Positions 38,801-48,400 of a stretch of DNA of 64,000 nucleotides are shown here, one piece after another. The position numbers were made by a program, and so were the translations under genes. A model generated the notes under the pieces. The model did no database searches, was not told where the DNA came from, and was given only the letters and a program-made list of their open reading frames with translations. Numbering within the stretch: position 1 is the first letter of the stretch; the number at the start of each line of letters is the position of its first letter. This DNA is from a virus (taxonomy: Duplodnaviria; Caudoviricetes). The stretch spans positions 55-64,054 of IMG/VR virus record IMGVR_UViG_3300044535_001062; one strand, written 5' to 3'.

Positions 38801-41800
38801 AATCTTTAAGAAGAGGTGCGATATAATCAGCAATTTTTGCTGCTTTATTCCTAACGTTATTTGTAATCAAAGCTTTTCCGTTTAAGAAAAACGATGATAA
38901 ATTTATTTTAATCCTAGAGCCAATATTCCTAGATAGATCAAATGCTGCGTTTTTTACTTCGTCTGTAGTTTCATCTACGTTCTCGGCAATTCCAGTAAAC
39001 AATGCGATGCTTTGTGTGGCGTTTTCATTTAGAGTTCTTTTGAACTTAGCTTGGCTAGAAGCCGTTGCTTTGTCAACACGTTCTTTCTTTCTTCTAGAAG
39101 ATTCGTTCTGCGTAGTTTGATATACTACCTTTCCGTCACGTTCGTTTATCTTTTCTTCGGTCTCGGTGATACCAAGATTTTTACGAGCAATGGTCTCAGC
39201 TTTTTGTCTTGATACAATACCATTGTTCTTTGCTTTAGTTTCTACGTAATCTCTGGTTCTATCGTTTAATGGAACAAATTCATCAGTAGTTGATGTGAGT
39301 CCCCGGGCTTGAAGAACACCAGTCTCAGAATCGTATCGATAAACAACTTTATTATCTACAACACCATTCTTGTCTGCTACATAAAACTCTTCTCCTAAAT
39401 TACCTGTTCTTTTTTCTACTTTTACTTGATCGTTTCCAACTGAGCCATCTACCGAACTTCCGGTGGTAGTCTTCATGTTGTTTGGAGCATCTGCTTCTGT
39501 CATATTAACTGCGTATTCAACAGGAACAGTAGCTCTAGCTGTATTCTGATTTATGTTGACAGGAGCAGCAGCCACGGTCATGCCAGACGGTGTTGAGTTA
39601 TTTGCATTGGTATTTTTAATAGTATTATCCAAAAGGCGAATAATTTCTTCGTCTGTACTAGATGTATTTTCTCCATATACTTTGTCAAGATGCGCTTGAA
39701 ACTTTTGTCGTGTTGCATACAAAAGATTTAGATTTTCAAAATTTAAAGTAGAAAAAGTAAAACACATCAAAGCAGTAGCTCTCAAATTCAATAATCGTTC
39801 ATCTGTTGTAGTTCCATATGAATTCTTAGTTGCATCTACAAAATCATATCCATTTTGTTTTGCATATTCCCAAACATTAGAAAAAGTCTCTTCTGTCAAA
39901 CTAGCTGTACCCATGGACAGCTTTTTACCCATCACATATAAAAGAGCACCAATTTTATTCGATGGAATCAATTTTCCGAGCTTTAGTACTCCTGTAGTTT
40001 TATCAAATACCTTCGATCCAATTTTTTCTGCAACACCCATTCCTCCAGGTTGGCCAGATACTTCATAAGCAAAGAAAGGAACACCATAATCAACAACAGC
40101 TTTTTCAATTACATTAAATACTCCAATACCTGTTTTTCCATATCTATCAGCCATGTAGGACCTAACCGCTACTGCGGACTTTCCTGTGAAAAGTTGTTGT
40201 AAGTTCTTTGTCGCACCACTACCTCTCATGCTAATCAAAAATCCTATTTTCATAGATTCCAGTATTCCGTCTGAAATACTTTGGTTCTCTATGATTTTTT
40301 GTTGTGCATTTAGAACTTCCGGATTTACATACAATCCGTTTTCTCCTAAGAACTTTGCTGCACGAACAATTTCTTCATTGGGTGTAAGATATACATCATC
40401 TGAAAAAATGTTTTTTGTTTCATTGATTGTCTTTGAAAACGCACCGGAAAATACACCTTCAGATTCGCCCTTGGTCAAATCAACATTCAAATGAATAAGC
40501 GTATTTGCAGCTTTTAACTGAGCATCTACTTCGGTCATTTGTTGATTAAGTTTCATCAACTTATACGCATATATCTTTTGACCAAGCGAACGCATATCAG
40601 GTTGACCTAGCTGACCGAGCGTATTAGCATATAAATTAAACCAGAAGCCACGATTTTGTTCCAGTGCTGCATCTATATCGTCTTCTGTCATACCTGCCGG
40701 AAGAATAGCAGGTTGATCTAAAGATTGTAATCCAGAAGTCGATCCTAGTTTCGATATTTGATTTTCAATCCAATCTCTCTTTTCAAAAAGGACGTTTCGC
40801 TTTTCTTTGATTATGGCTAAATCTGTTTTCTTTTCAGCAGCTAACGTAGAGTTATATACTTTTTGTGCGAAATCTTTTTGTTCTCCTTCGTATCTTTTGC
40901 CGGAAGCATCGTAAAATTCTATACCTGATACCCCAAGCTCTTTTTTCAATTGTTCAATCTGGGATTTCAGACTATTAATTTGAGCCAAACTCTGTGGAGA
41001 TATCGCTGTCTTCTTTTTGTCTTTGGTTTGGGCAGTAGCCATGATATCACCAATCTGTTTGTACAAAGTAGCTATCTTCTGTTCTTTTGGTGACAGACTT
41101 GATATAGCTCTTTGATCCATGGCTTGATCATACTTGGAATATTCTATTCCAGTTGTAGGATCAACAAAGAAACCCTGTTTAAGTCTCTTTTCATTGTATT
41201 TTCCCTGTGTTACTTTAGTTAGATACTTGGTCTTATAGTATTCTAATCTTTCTGGAATCTCATCTCCTTCTAAACCAGATTGTTCTAGTTTTTTAACGAG
41301 TTGATCATAGTCAAAACTACCGTATCTAACCGTAGAATATTCTAGGTTTGGAGTGGTCGATCCAGCAAGGTCAACATCGTAGCTAACGTAGTTACCAACT
41401 TCTTGTTCCCAAACCAATTTACCAAGGTTTTCTTCTTCTATGCTAGCGATCGATTTGTTTTCACCATCGTTAAAAACAGTAGCTGCATTACCAATTAAGT
41501 CCTGGGCTATCAGATCATCTGCCTTGGCAATACGCATGTTTGTCTGATCTTCAGCACGAGCCAAACCAGCACCAAGAGCAGCATCGATGAATATGTTACT
41601 GTCCTTTAAAATCTTTTGTGCGCTTTCTAATCCGGCAGCTTTTATCTCTTTATTGTACTTTCTACCATAAGCATCACGATTAATAGGATCCAAAATGTAA
41701 TCGTAATACTTTTTGTAATCACTTATATTTTCGCCATAAGCAGTTTTGTTCAATCCCTTCTGAACAACCATGTCGAACATCTGTCTAGCTTGATAGTCTC

Positions 41801-42560
41801 TTTGAGCTATTTTGTATTTCTGAGACACTGGATCGACATTCATCTTGTCAAACTCTGGTCTATAGCCGGGCATTCCAACACCTACTTCTTTGCCGTAGTA
41901 TGTCTCATATTTTCTAGTAAATTCTGGATCAAATATAGTTCTACCTACACCACCTTCTGCAGCAGTTCTAAATGCACCTTTGTCGTACATGCTGACACCA
42001 CCGGACAAAACATTCTGAAAATCAGAATCGTTTGCTATTTTAAAGTACTGGCCAATTTTGTCTTTGTACTGAAAAAACAGCGGTCTTATATTCCCGGGGT
42101 TCTGAAGATAAGAATCCAATTCTTCAGAACTTCTTATACGTGAACCACCACCTAAATCAATCTGACCTGTTTCATCGTTTTTCAGAACCGTGTAAAGATT
42201 TTCCACGTTCATGTAACCCAACTCGCTTATTTTGGAAAGTTCTGTTTCTCGTTCCAGTTGACGAGCTTCTGCTTCCTTTATACCTTTTTTGAATTCTTGA
42301 GGTGTACCAAACAATTCAGTTGTTTTGGTACTGGTTTTTGTCAATAAAGATTTTTGCTCTGATGTGAGAGGTTTTACTTTAGCCTCTTCCTTGAATCCAC
42401 CTCCAGTCGTTATCCTGGGTTTAGGCTTAAGTTCATCTTCAGTGGTACTAGTGCCAACAGCACCACCGGTAAATCTCTTTAAAATGGCTTCTTGTTCTGG
42501 AGTAGTTTTTTTATTTGCAGAAACGATAGGTTTCGGTTGAGGTTTTTTATCTTCTGGCAT
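29847..42560 (-). CDS. Giant polyvalent virion / ejection protein (4237 aa) with zincin-like metallopeptidase domain
   Basis: HELAH...ELFARGFERY; HF...LAH.R...V.ELQSD; directly follows the ejection-type genes. Confidence 0.8.
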   Translation of the reverse strand: MPEDKKPQPKPIVSANKKTTPEQEAILKRFTGGAVGTSTTEDELKPKPRITTGGGFKEEAKVKPLTSEQKSLLTKTSTKTTELFGTPQEFKKGIKEAEARQLERETELSKISELGYMNVENLYTVLKNDETGQIDLGGGSRIRSSEELDSYLQNPGNIRPLFFQYKDKIGQYFKIANDSDFQNVLSGGVSMYDKGAFRTAAEGGVGRTIFDPEFTRKYETYYGKEVGVGMPGYRPEFDKMNVDPVSQKYKIAQRDYQARQMFDMVVQKGLNKTAYGENISDYKKYYDYILDPINRDAYGRKYNKEIKAAGLESAQKILKDSNIFIDAALGAGLARAEDQTNMRIAKADDLIAQDLIGNAATVFNDGENKSIASIEEENLGKLVWEQEVGNYVSYDVDLAGSTTPNLEYSTVRYGSFDYDQLVKKLEQSGLEGDEIPERLEYYKTKYLTKVTQGKYNEKRLKQGFFVDPTTGIEYSKYDQAMDQRAISSLSPKEQKIATLYKQIGDIMATAQTKDKKKTAISPQSLAQINSLKSQIEQLKKELGVSGIEFYDASGKRYEGEQKDFAQKVYNSTLAAEKKTDLAIIKEKRNVLFEKRDWIENQISKLGSTSGLQSLDQPAILPAGMTEDDIDAALEQNRGFWFNLYANTLGQLGQPDMRSLGQKIYAYKLMKLNQQMTEVDAQLKAANTLIHLNVDLTKGESEGVFSGAFSKTINETKNIFSDDVYLTPNEEIVRAAKFLGENGLYVNPEVLNAQQKIIENQSISDGILESMKIGFLISMRGSGATKNLQQLFTGKSAVAVRSYMADRYGKTGIGVFNVIEKAVVDYGVPFFAYEVSGQPGGMGVAEKIGSKVFDKTTGVLKLGKLIPSNKIGALLYVMGKKLSMGTASLTEETFSNVWEYAKQNGYDFVDATKNSYGTTTDERLLNLRATALMCFTFSTLNFENLNLLYATRQKFQAHLDKVYGENTSSTDEEIIRLLDNTIKNTNANNSTPSGMTVAAAPVNINQNTARATVPVEYAVNMTEADAPNNMKTTTGSSVDGSVGNDQVKVEKRTGNLGEEFYVADKNGVVDNKVVYRYDSETGVLQARGLTSTTDEFVPLNDRTRDYVETKAKNNGIVSRQKAETIARKNLGITETEEKINERDGKVVYQTTQNESSRRKKERVDKATASSQAKFKRTLNENATQSIALFTGIAENVDETTDEVKNAAFDLSRNIGSRIKINLSSFFLNGKALITNNVRNKAAKIADYIAPLLKDYDSSLFTKTDTDPNTGQSISERKTNNLDKFRAAVARSNFYNETMKKLVDEGKVTQEDAIDNLVSSFLLNKLDKIKEVFGNDTEAIQSFRDLRNDFNNFVAVKYTGSQSFGKTEKFLTGTMMSKTTAKNRKADMAKTAEAVTKEQMRRNEVATILDATGQKIDAEQVDAVRLILGEITPVEYLENTGVDLTNMTQQQIASEAKTKSENAVDMQKYSEALERKAANDLVRTKWKRKLNRDAGNIWGFKSMNPFKSIKARKERKANAEIAIRAFEANAQRAGMTLDDYMNNMIETKKMTEEQFNVWLSENPGLVPFFQNSLTPAQLAADLNKALELQKKGIDTYRIELLTGISFDAFGNPIPTSPMLEVSGEFGNMQKNFFSSRYTVKGSAGKSIFIDNKVVKVFGTFLGRAYKAEGFDQKNFIYKLSELVGDDRIIKRYPDLQLANVRIVYEPGTPAFQFVPNFAYSRGAKETEVSRPGDIVINMATIKDQNDLLPGLTRAVRKGAQFIENEYIPATADTFVSPSTLLSASLELQANGKLTEAQVNAIGDMIDFYKDKNIFQYAQYKSVFSDLARILFYSNSKDLNSTTVVDDIGYTYGLSDQEIQEFKNKIFKHIDDMKSNGENVNIFFSTALRLANLDESQMLDENFAYNFDPKLVTKSVVVPDKATVVNAVIDYVENNKTDISEAIDISITRLENLSNDPNFSKEEKAKALKVVNMLQDLKQSIADEKYFNGGFDYNSALEVLQSANELQDAISDVIGYGSVDVEDEYGNVINTLYRDPETLTFDAGELSNYLSSVVDIVDEMSRLDVDKTLAGLQEDVSSDNEARQIYYQMFPGIEKYMGGVFDSYKPVSEFTKQELEDAFVGQNLISKQQFEERYSEYQNKPELNNKSAASIFLDQNVLPKNMNAKQMADLQKKQFIAIQMRNNYAKNLGTAFYNNVDVAILDKFRNDKPIELNNLKKELLTAGAKEVELKFMGLDAFIETMRSRVDIDGNPVTTISKQELLDWATTRPELVSYDRFSEAQVRNVEKVFILNNININSAAINLSKEVALDLTQETEGVSMAGVFVYFSDGNYRLIDLTDISSEELEVYSKYVASDPAKYAELAKTINDIKNSIGKDGQVLNLDSENKKSLEKLIKIYVELKEELDRKDFYKADFGQEFEGFKGFINNAALPNTYQEHLLTIPVTNHPYIKNLNSMINKLLEKMSITAEIPQDQLLDENGNFRTEYTSAVKENEQLNRALQTLVEQRNSFVQKYVDRKHFTKNPRHVLAHARTEIVVDENGNLALFVHELQSDQTQEIRNKETKQKLDYIKINFYPGYTLWGMLDAIQERHKKELKERGATAKEIKSVLNYYKNRSSQQNSDIREIIVDYFDKDIVLTENEKADYEKISREIRTALKESTPFSDTEKFTDLVVKQLLKVAADKGLSRIIITDPANIAPVVLQMTPDSREEDVQKQVSGLNRFYNETIPKRIEALKQKLGFQTSRTKITGYQPFVDSLNPAIQPLFNYMNQMGSFDSYVSEAGVQNVVNIVKKESAEYRKVSNRVKEINTKNKNENPNYRGLSKESLVSELEKSGFDKNEIDIYFKLKDISQLTSLSSQETSFLSSEFDKIKDSFYEKEKLKFIVPNPDFLAIDLTPQTNRIVAEGMAMFSRNATGAHGATVNMDTGKTIMFALTNPNVFTAMHELAHVREKFLTPDERLEFLQSVGHDVWTRETSELFARGFERYLAEGKAPSSKLQKIFEDFKKWMYYIYQYIQGSEIDVPLSDGMRRIYDSMLGEAKTTAAPKKQSPAQNIFDEIAKFIDETKANPEFKGITDDELYSALLKTGFDPVDLQDYFSLRQRANIEKQQRMGGMFKEEADVLENEQEAIRVVRDQKALMDEIENIDPIDYPVILQTLFDQIENGDVPLAMAIKDLIDAKQRNDDPEFVRNQYAKILKAGTDIGRMLQLFRQLTKDSFLSSTRALFNRAEKKGLTIPEEAKKRILDLASQLDNAKEQYKLSKADAEANPYGVSRFNPNKTNLEYNQDMYNQYMQAAENYVNERSRFEGDDSVTETYISFVKGGLMTPSSLAVNNLSNIVKFMVTLVTDPLSSAISWVPAKVKSLVTGVKMEPTTKKNLRDFWTGVTYGMPKGFATAYRILKDGTLVQSYQTPQNYAMGFNSFKAMSKSVQLWTTLAARSLGYNNFTNEEIADKYGYKLNEVGKISKKGQLISGMQGTFGVIPDIIFRALSSVDAVFRDFAYYSAVSEDFKFTPTYLNLKKKMANAVSSAEKAAIKKEMDAMRDAYIKINSDYGNANANTEALRFVYSNDNAITDWMSRVKRVTKVDEGNGKLISRMFRLIGTGVVPFTRIPSNYAIELMEFLMPEYALAKLAVIGAKSVKRKVSGKAIEGAEMSERARVNSRDMDRILARALVGIGVQYVASLIARAGAATGSPSDENEEDKKKSNTYVYSLERPYSINITLLRAMLRGDQNRQSGLWDMKNDLIIDYRGFGVFGAATYVQFREYKEKEGNKKNRFVNRGIIEDAMEDGGFSIFGNYGSAGSYILDQTFVRGIQSFAKTIADAEDDNKLATGLGDLVTTLSSGILPNSLSFIDKMNRKYVVDYDAKDAAPFKAFGQKVESPFLTTFFTKLGIKMSERWPIGDPDKMVDLPFVEAELDKMPVKVDAFGKPVLQTPEGAMFGKFLYNTFDITRATRGVAGYETPDWEALVYLACKKGDAWQALPTQLPKMLVDRSGNQYKLGTEEYNNFLIFNANVRRDLVQKYIIDNGIYKKFIDMDSELNYDADKKTPIGGMNNPNILFGYEQLGSLLSKIYSAADAITMLGTWTLIDKERYKMYTEDKDRFFAMQEVEMRSIMSELPAATYGGQETGEDYENFVRKQRNGQVETPYKIDMDIVSKILKDPNYFAQFSTGLIEEMKKFNENPSTAIITPNNQSNMNDSNILEQYDLDYEGKGKKPTKVQQKVIEQKKEAGQSNTGLDGYILEYE

Positions 42561-42564
42561 ATTA

Positions 42565-42572
42565 CAAATATA
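42565..42572 (-). promoter_or_regulatory. -7 promoter element 4 nt before the ATG of the giant gene
   Basis: TATATTTG-TAAT-ATG. Confidence 0.65.
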
Positions 42573-42609
42573 CTACCTAAAAATAAAAATTCACAATGCT
42601 CAACTATAA

Positions 42610-44175
42610 TTACTGAGGAACAATTGCTTCATTGGAATCTCGAACAGGAGCCATCAATTTCTGATACGCTTCTCTCCATCTGATTATTTCTGTTTTATCG
42701 AGTTTTTGATTCTGGAACAATGCACCTAAAATCAAAGAAGCACCTTCAATTTTATCTCCTGTGCGATATTCTTTTGGAATAATTATTTTAGTTTTTCCAT
42801 CTTCAACAGTGGGTTCAAACAATGGAATCGCATACGTAGCCTTTCCAATTGTAGGAAGAGTGCTGATATTTAATTGCTGTTCGTCAGCTAAAGCCCAAGG
42901 TAAATAAACAATTTTCGCTCTTGCATTTTTGAACGCTGCCACTTCCTTTTCCCCAATAGGTTTAAATGTTCCATCTGCGGTCTGTGCGCTGGGCATAACT
43001 GCTACAGTAGAGATATAGAAATTAGCTTGAGTAGCATCAGTTGCCTTGAATGCACTTTTACCAGTTTCCATGTTAATTATGTACTTGTTCTTGGGTATCA
43101 GAACTTTTGTTCCAGATGGATCTTTTGAAAGGACCGTTGCTCTTTTAGCTACTACATTATCTCCACCGGAATAATTGATTGTGTATTTGTCTGCAACCTG
43201 GAAGCTAGATGGAGTAGATGCAGCCGGAACATTAAATACATTTATGCTTCTTCCTCCTACGTACTGGGTTCCGGTTTTGTCGTAACTAGGTATATTTGGA
43301 AGAACATAGTCCTTATAAAAACTTTCATATAACTCCGCTGGAGTTTTATCAATTGCAGTTGCGTCACCTTGATCAAGCTTGATTGCAGCGTATTGTGAAA
43401 CAGCAGTAGGGTTATTTACAAACCAGTTATATCCTAAATCATATGCATTGTCAACATTTTGAAGATTCTCTCCGGTTCTTTTTCTATGAAGTTCCTTTAA
43501 TGACTCAGCTTCTATTCTATTAGCAGGTATTGTAGTAATTGTAACAGTTCTTTGAATTTTTGTAACAGGATCTGGCTCCCCAATCGATTCAGCTGATACT
43601 TTTGCCTTGTCTTTTGTGAGAATTTCTTTTCTCATGTAACTTTCAAAATCAAGAGCTTTTTCTAACCTAGGAACTATCATTCCAGTATTTTGATCTACAG
43701 TAACATATCCATCAATAAGAAGTTGTGGATTTTTACTAAGTTTATCTTTTAGGTCAGCTTCGCTTTTTGCATTTTTAGTTAAATTCGAAGCAAAGATTAC
43801 TGACTGCGGTACAAAAAACCCTTTGCTTCTTCCTTCGCTTGCTAGTTCTTCGAGTGCAAATAAATTCTTACTTTTTGAGACAAGTAAATCTGTATTTTCA
43901 TCCCAATTGTTTTTATCCATGTATGTAGATTCAACGATATTGGGATCTCTTTGTCTGGCTCTATCAAAATAACTTTTGTAAAACGCAGCAGTAGTATTTT
44001 TTACATCGTTCAAATAAGCACTATGATAGAGCTTTTTATCTGCTGCTACCATACCTTTTAAACGATCTAATTCGCCTCTGTCTTTTTCGTCAAAAGCTTC
44101 TTTTTGTTCGGGTGCGGTATATTTTGGAAATTTACCTGTTGCCCCTATTGCTGCGCCTAATGAAAATTCTGCCAT
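42610..44175 (-). CDS. Putative internal virion (ejection) protein
   Basis: 521 aa; lies between the tail genes and the giant gene. Confidence 0.6.
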   Translation of the reverse strand: MAEFSLGAAIGATGKFPKYTAPEQKEAFDEKDRGELDRLKGMVAADKKLYHSAYLNDVKNTTAAFYKSYFDRARQRDPNIVESTYMDKNNWDENTDLLVSKSKNLFALEELASEGRSKGFFVPQSVIFASNLTKNAKSEADLKDKLSKNPQLLIDGYVTVDQNTGMIVPRLEKALDFESYMRKEILTKDKAKVSAESIGEPDPVTKIQRTVTITTIPANRIEAESLKELHRKRTGENLQNVDNAYDLGYNWFVNNPTAVSQYAAIKLDQGDATAIDKTPAELYESFYKDYVLPNIPSYDKTGTQYVGGRSINVFNVPAASTPSSFQVADKYTINYSGGDNVVAKRATVLSKDPSGTKVLIPKNKYIINMETGKSAFKATDATQANFYISTVAVMPSAQTADGTFKPIGEKEVAAFKNARAKIVYLPWALADEQQLNISTLPTIGKATYAIPLFEPTVEDGKTKIIIPKEYRTGDKIEGASLILGALFQNQKLDKTEIIRWREAYQKLMAPVRDSNEAIVPQ

Positions 44176-44177
44176 GT

Positions 44178-44825
44178 TTATGCTACTTCTTTTGCTCCAC
44201 CTAATATCATTGCTGACTTAGCTAGATTTTCTGTTCCAGATTTAATCGCTGCCCCTGCTGCTTTTTGAGCTAGGAGTTTATATTCACGCTGTTCTGATAT
44301 GTCTTTGAGTCCCAACGAAGTCAATCCAGCTCTGATTCTCTCGAGTCCGGTTAATGCCTGTTGCTTTGCTTGGATGTCTGCTTGAACGATTCCTTGTTCA
44401 GCCTGTAATCCACTGAGTCCAGCAGTACGAGAAACAAACTGAGACGCTTGTGGTGATCTTTCTGATACGTTACGCATTGCTTGTGAAAACTGCGTAGCTG
44501 CGTTCGATCTCATGATTCCTTCCATTTCACTACCAATTCCCATTTGATATTGTCTAGCGTATATGTCTTCCAATGTTTCGAGAGGTTTCGCTGCTTCTCG
44601 ATAACTAGGAAAAGGAAGTCTTTTGGCTTTTTTCAACTGGTTCAATCCTACTGCCATTTGGACTAAACCAAGTCCGCCTGCAGCTGCTGCACCAACTCCT
44701 GTGAGTTTGTCAATTCCCTGCGAAGTAGATTGATTTCCAGTAGCTGCACTAATCAAATCCGCAATATCGCCAGATTGTCCATATGCGCTAAACGGTGTAG
44801 TTTTATCTTGTATTGGTCCTGCCAT
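44178..44825 (-). CDS. Putative ejection / pilot protein (paralog B)
   Basis: Gly/Ala-rich hydrophobic segment plus Gln-rich helices. Confidence 0.65.
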   Translation of the reverse strand: MAGPIQDKTTPFSAYGQSGDIADLISAATGNQSTSQGIDKLTGVGAAAAGGLGLVQMAVGLNQLKKAKRLPFPSYREAAKPLETLEDIYARQYQMGIGSEMEGIMRSNAATQFSQAMRNVSERSPQASQFVSRTAGLSGLQAEQGIVQADIQAKQQALTGLERIRAGLTSLGLKDISEQREYKLLAQKAAGAAIKSGTENLAKSAMILGGAKEVA

Positions 44826-44827
44826 AA

Positions 44828-45409
44828 TTAACCTGTTGTATAACCTCCTAAAATTTGACCGGCTCTCATGACGTTTTCACTTCCGGTTTTGATTGCTTCT
44901 CCTGCTGCCATCTCAGCCTGTGTTTTATATTGTCTCTTGGCTGCAATGTCTGTTTTTAAAATATCAGATATCTCTGCACCTGTTCTAGTCAATCCTCCCA
45001 ACTGAGATTGTCTGTAAGAGTAATCCATCTGAGCTAATGCTTTTTCTGTGTTTATTCTATCCAGTGCAGTAACTCTTCCATATGAGCTTGCTAACTGGGG
45101 TGCATTTTCAAATACGTTTCTGTAATTCTGTATGCTCTGAGCCCCCACGTTACGCCTCATCATGTCCATTTTTTCTTGACCAAGTCCCTTTTCAAAATTC
45201 TCTTTGTAGAGACGATTTGTGTCTTGTGCGTACTTCAGTCCTTCACTGTAGTTAGGAAACGGAAGCTTGTTTGCTTTGCGTAATTGACTAAGACCAGTAG
45301 CCAACTGAAGAACACCACCGAGTGCGGCAGTGGCTCCACCAATGACTTTGCCGGATGCGAGTAATCCGAGAATAGCAGCCGGAATAACTAAAATGGTACT
45401 TATTATCAT
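44828..45409 (-). CDS. Putative ejection / pilot protein (paralog A)
   Basis: N-terminal hydrophobic Gly/Ala helices; similar to the downstream ORF. Confidence 0.65.
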   Translation of the reverse strand: MIISTILVIPAAILGLLASGKVIGGATAALGGVLQLATGLSQLRKANKLPFPNYSEGLKYAQDTNRLYKENFEKGLGQEKMDMMRRNVGAQSIQNYRNVFENAPQLASSYGRVTALDRINTEKALAQMDYSYRQSQLGGLTRTGAEISDILKTDIAAKRQYKTQAEMAAGEAIKTGSENVMRAGQILGGYTTG

Positions 45410-45438
45410 ATCGTAAACATTACAAAGTTAACGCATTA

Positions 45439-48400
45439 TCACTTATTATACAATCGGTGATTTGGTCTATACTTGATTATGTAGTTAAACAACTTCTGAA
45501 ATATACCAGCTTGGAATTTCAGCTTTATCTTCATGTACTTACCCCACAATCTACTTGTGTCGGAACTATTCACTCCACTGACAGTAGAATCGTTTTTAAC
45601 CGGGGCGTAGTAATAATCTTCAAGTTCTTCAAACTCAACATCATCCAGATACGAAATGTGGTCTCTCGTTCCAAAATCAATTCGTTTTGGAGTAGTGTGA
45701 GTTACAGCTTGTACTGCCTCATAAGTCTTGGAAAGGTTTGGATCGATGTTTACAACACCTTCGATATATCCATCGTACCCTGTTCCATAAAACGTATTGT
45801 ATGAGCCAGTATTCTGAACATAAATTTTGTTCTGTTCGTTTGGCTTACTCGAGTAGAAAGTATTTGTGCGAGTGGTCATGATGTTTGGCCACATACTCAA
45901 CTTACTTATGAATCCGTTTTTAACCTCGTCATAAACAAGAGAAAACATCGTATAGTATTGAGGATGAGTCTCTGGGGTAAGTTGCTCCCAGTAAGTAGGC
46001 CAGAAGAATCCCATACCCGGAATGTCGGTTCCAGAAGAAGTGTGATTTACTTTACAACGATAAACGTAGCTCATACCACTAACGTGCCTAGGGGCAACGA
46101 GATTGTTTCCTGGATAAAGAGTAGTATTCACATCACCAAGAAAATTATTTATCACCAAGTTACCAACAGTATAAGAAGTTCCAAGTGTATGTTGCTGTAA
46201 AGTAGGATCGATTCCCTTGAACGCAAAGATTACTTCGTAAAACTGATTGTTAAATCCAGCGCATACACCGTATCCTGTGATTGGCTGAATCCCCAGGTTA
46301 ACCCATTTAGCATTGTTTAGAAGAAACGACAGCATGCCTTTGTCGGAAATAACACTAACTCCGTTTCCACTGAGTCGCACTACCTTGCGTATTTCAGAGT
46401 TATACCAATAAAGATTTTCGTCTCCGGTAAAAGTCTTTCCTTTAACAACAGCGAATTTATCTGTAGCACCGTAGCCACTTAACTGTGGACCTGGAATTTT
46501 TAGAACATCCCCACTACCAAGAACAATATCAGTTCCTGCGCTAGTAGTAAACAACTGACCTTCGTTGATAAACTGTCTTCTAACTGAATATGGTTGCAGT
46601 GTATACAAACTACCATTAATAACTTCCATTTCTGTTATTTCTCCTTGATTGGTATCAAGATCAACAACATCAATAGGCTTGAATATTCGATAATTGTCTT
46701 TTTGTGATCCGGTGGTCTTTACTTGAGACCAGCGTATAGATGCTGGTCTTTTTCCATCCCATTCGTTTGCTTCATCGTAACCATTTTCTAAAATCGTATT
46801 GTCAATAATACTATACTGAGAATCGTAATTATTTTGATTTTCAATTTCGGGCCACTGCTCAAGCCAAGAAATCAATCCTGTCGCAAGGCTTCCTGCGGCA
46901 AGTAATCTGGGTGAGTTAGCAATACTCCAATCTCGAATATAAACATCGAAAGTACCTTTTTTTGCATTTTTGTCTACGTACTGAGGATAAATGTAGCCAG
47001 AACCTGTTTCAGATCCATCGTAATCAACAGTGTAAAACATTTGAGTATTAGAAACGTTCTGAGAATAAAAAGAAAACCCTAAACCAAAACCATTCGTTCT
47101 ACCAAATCCATCTGCTTGTTGATTATTGGTCGATCTAATTTTCATGTGTGTTTTTTGTGTAAACACATCTCCACCAAAAACATCATCGGTTAATGTTTGT
47201 CTATCACCGGAACCAAGTATTCTAATGTGACCAGTTGATTCATACAAAGTTTCGTTTTTGTTTTTAGCGTATTTTAAATTAGCACCGAGGTTTCTAAATA
47301 TCTGACCATAAACACAACCCTCTCTCAAAAACGTACCAGAACCTGTTGCCGGAAATGTGCCAACAGCTCCTTGAATAGTTGGGTAAAGTTTAGTGGAAAG
47401 TTTAAATATATGACAATTGAGATTATTGCTATAAAACTGATTCACTGTTCCAACAGTTCTTCCCGATGGCGGAACAGAAATTCCATTTTTTATAACAGTA
47501 GTACCACCCCAACCAGACAGCAATTCTCCAGTGACAAATGGTCTAGAATCGGTTATATTAAAATTAGTGTAATTAATAAGGGAAGATCCAAACCAACCTG
47601 TATATTCTTGATGTACGGATTCATATTCTCCGACAACATGACCTTGTATAGTATACTCGTCATACGGAAGAGGAACACTAAGAACTTTGATAATATCTGT
47701 ATTAGAATAATTATACTGAGTAGTGTTGAAATAAATATCCGGAGAATAAAAATAAACAAATTCCGATCTATCTGCTGATCCCAATTGTACACTAATCTGC
47801 GGTTGGCCGGTATTACCGTCTCTTCTACATTGATTGTTGGGATAAACACTAAATACATACGGATTAAATGTAATGTCCTTGTTGTATGGTATTACATTGT
47901 TATCAGTAGACGGCACTGTATCTTCTTTGACACCAGCTAAAAAAATACCAGTAGCTAAAACCTCGGGTATTCTTTCTGCTCTAACGATTCTATATGATTT
48001 TACTAAATCAAATAAAGACTGTCCGTTTACGACATATTGTAAATTGATGTTTGAAAATTTTGGATAAACAATATTTACATATTCTGAATCAAAATCAGTA
48101 AAGTTTGTTGTCGTTATATTATTTGCGGTTCTCCTATTGGGCAACGTAACATTGTCAACAGCAGTATCAAATCTAATATCATCAAGCCAATATGCATTAC
48201 TCCATTTTCCTGTGGTTTTCCACTGAACTTGAATACCGAAACGATAGGTATCGTTCATCATGTATCCAACATAATTATTAACATTTTTTGGATCTTGATA
48301 TTCTCCATAACGATACGAAGGATATTGCTTAGCTATGTCATTCCAACCAAATCTGTTTCCTCTCCAGATACTTGGTATTTGTCTTATTTCTAAACTATGT

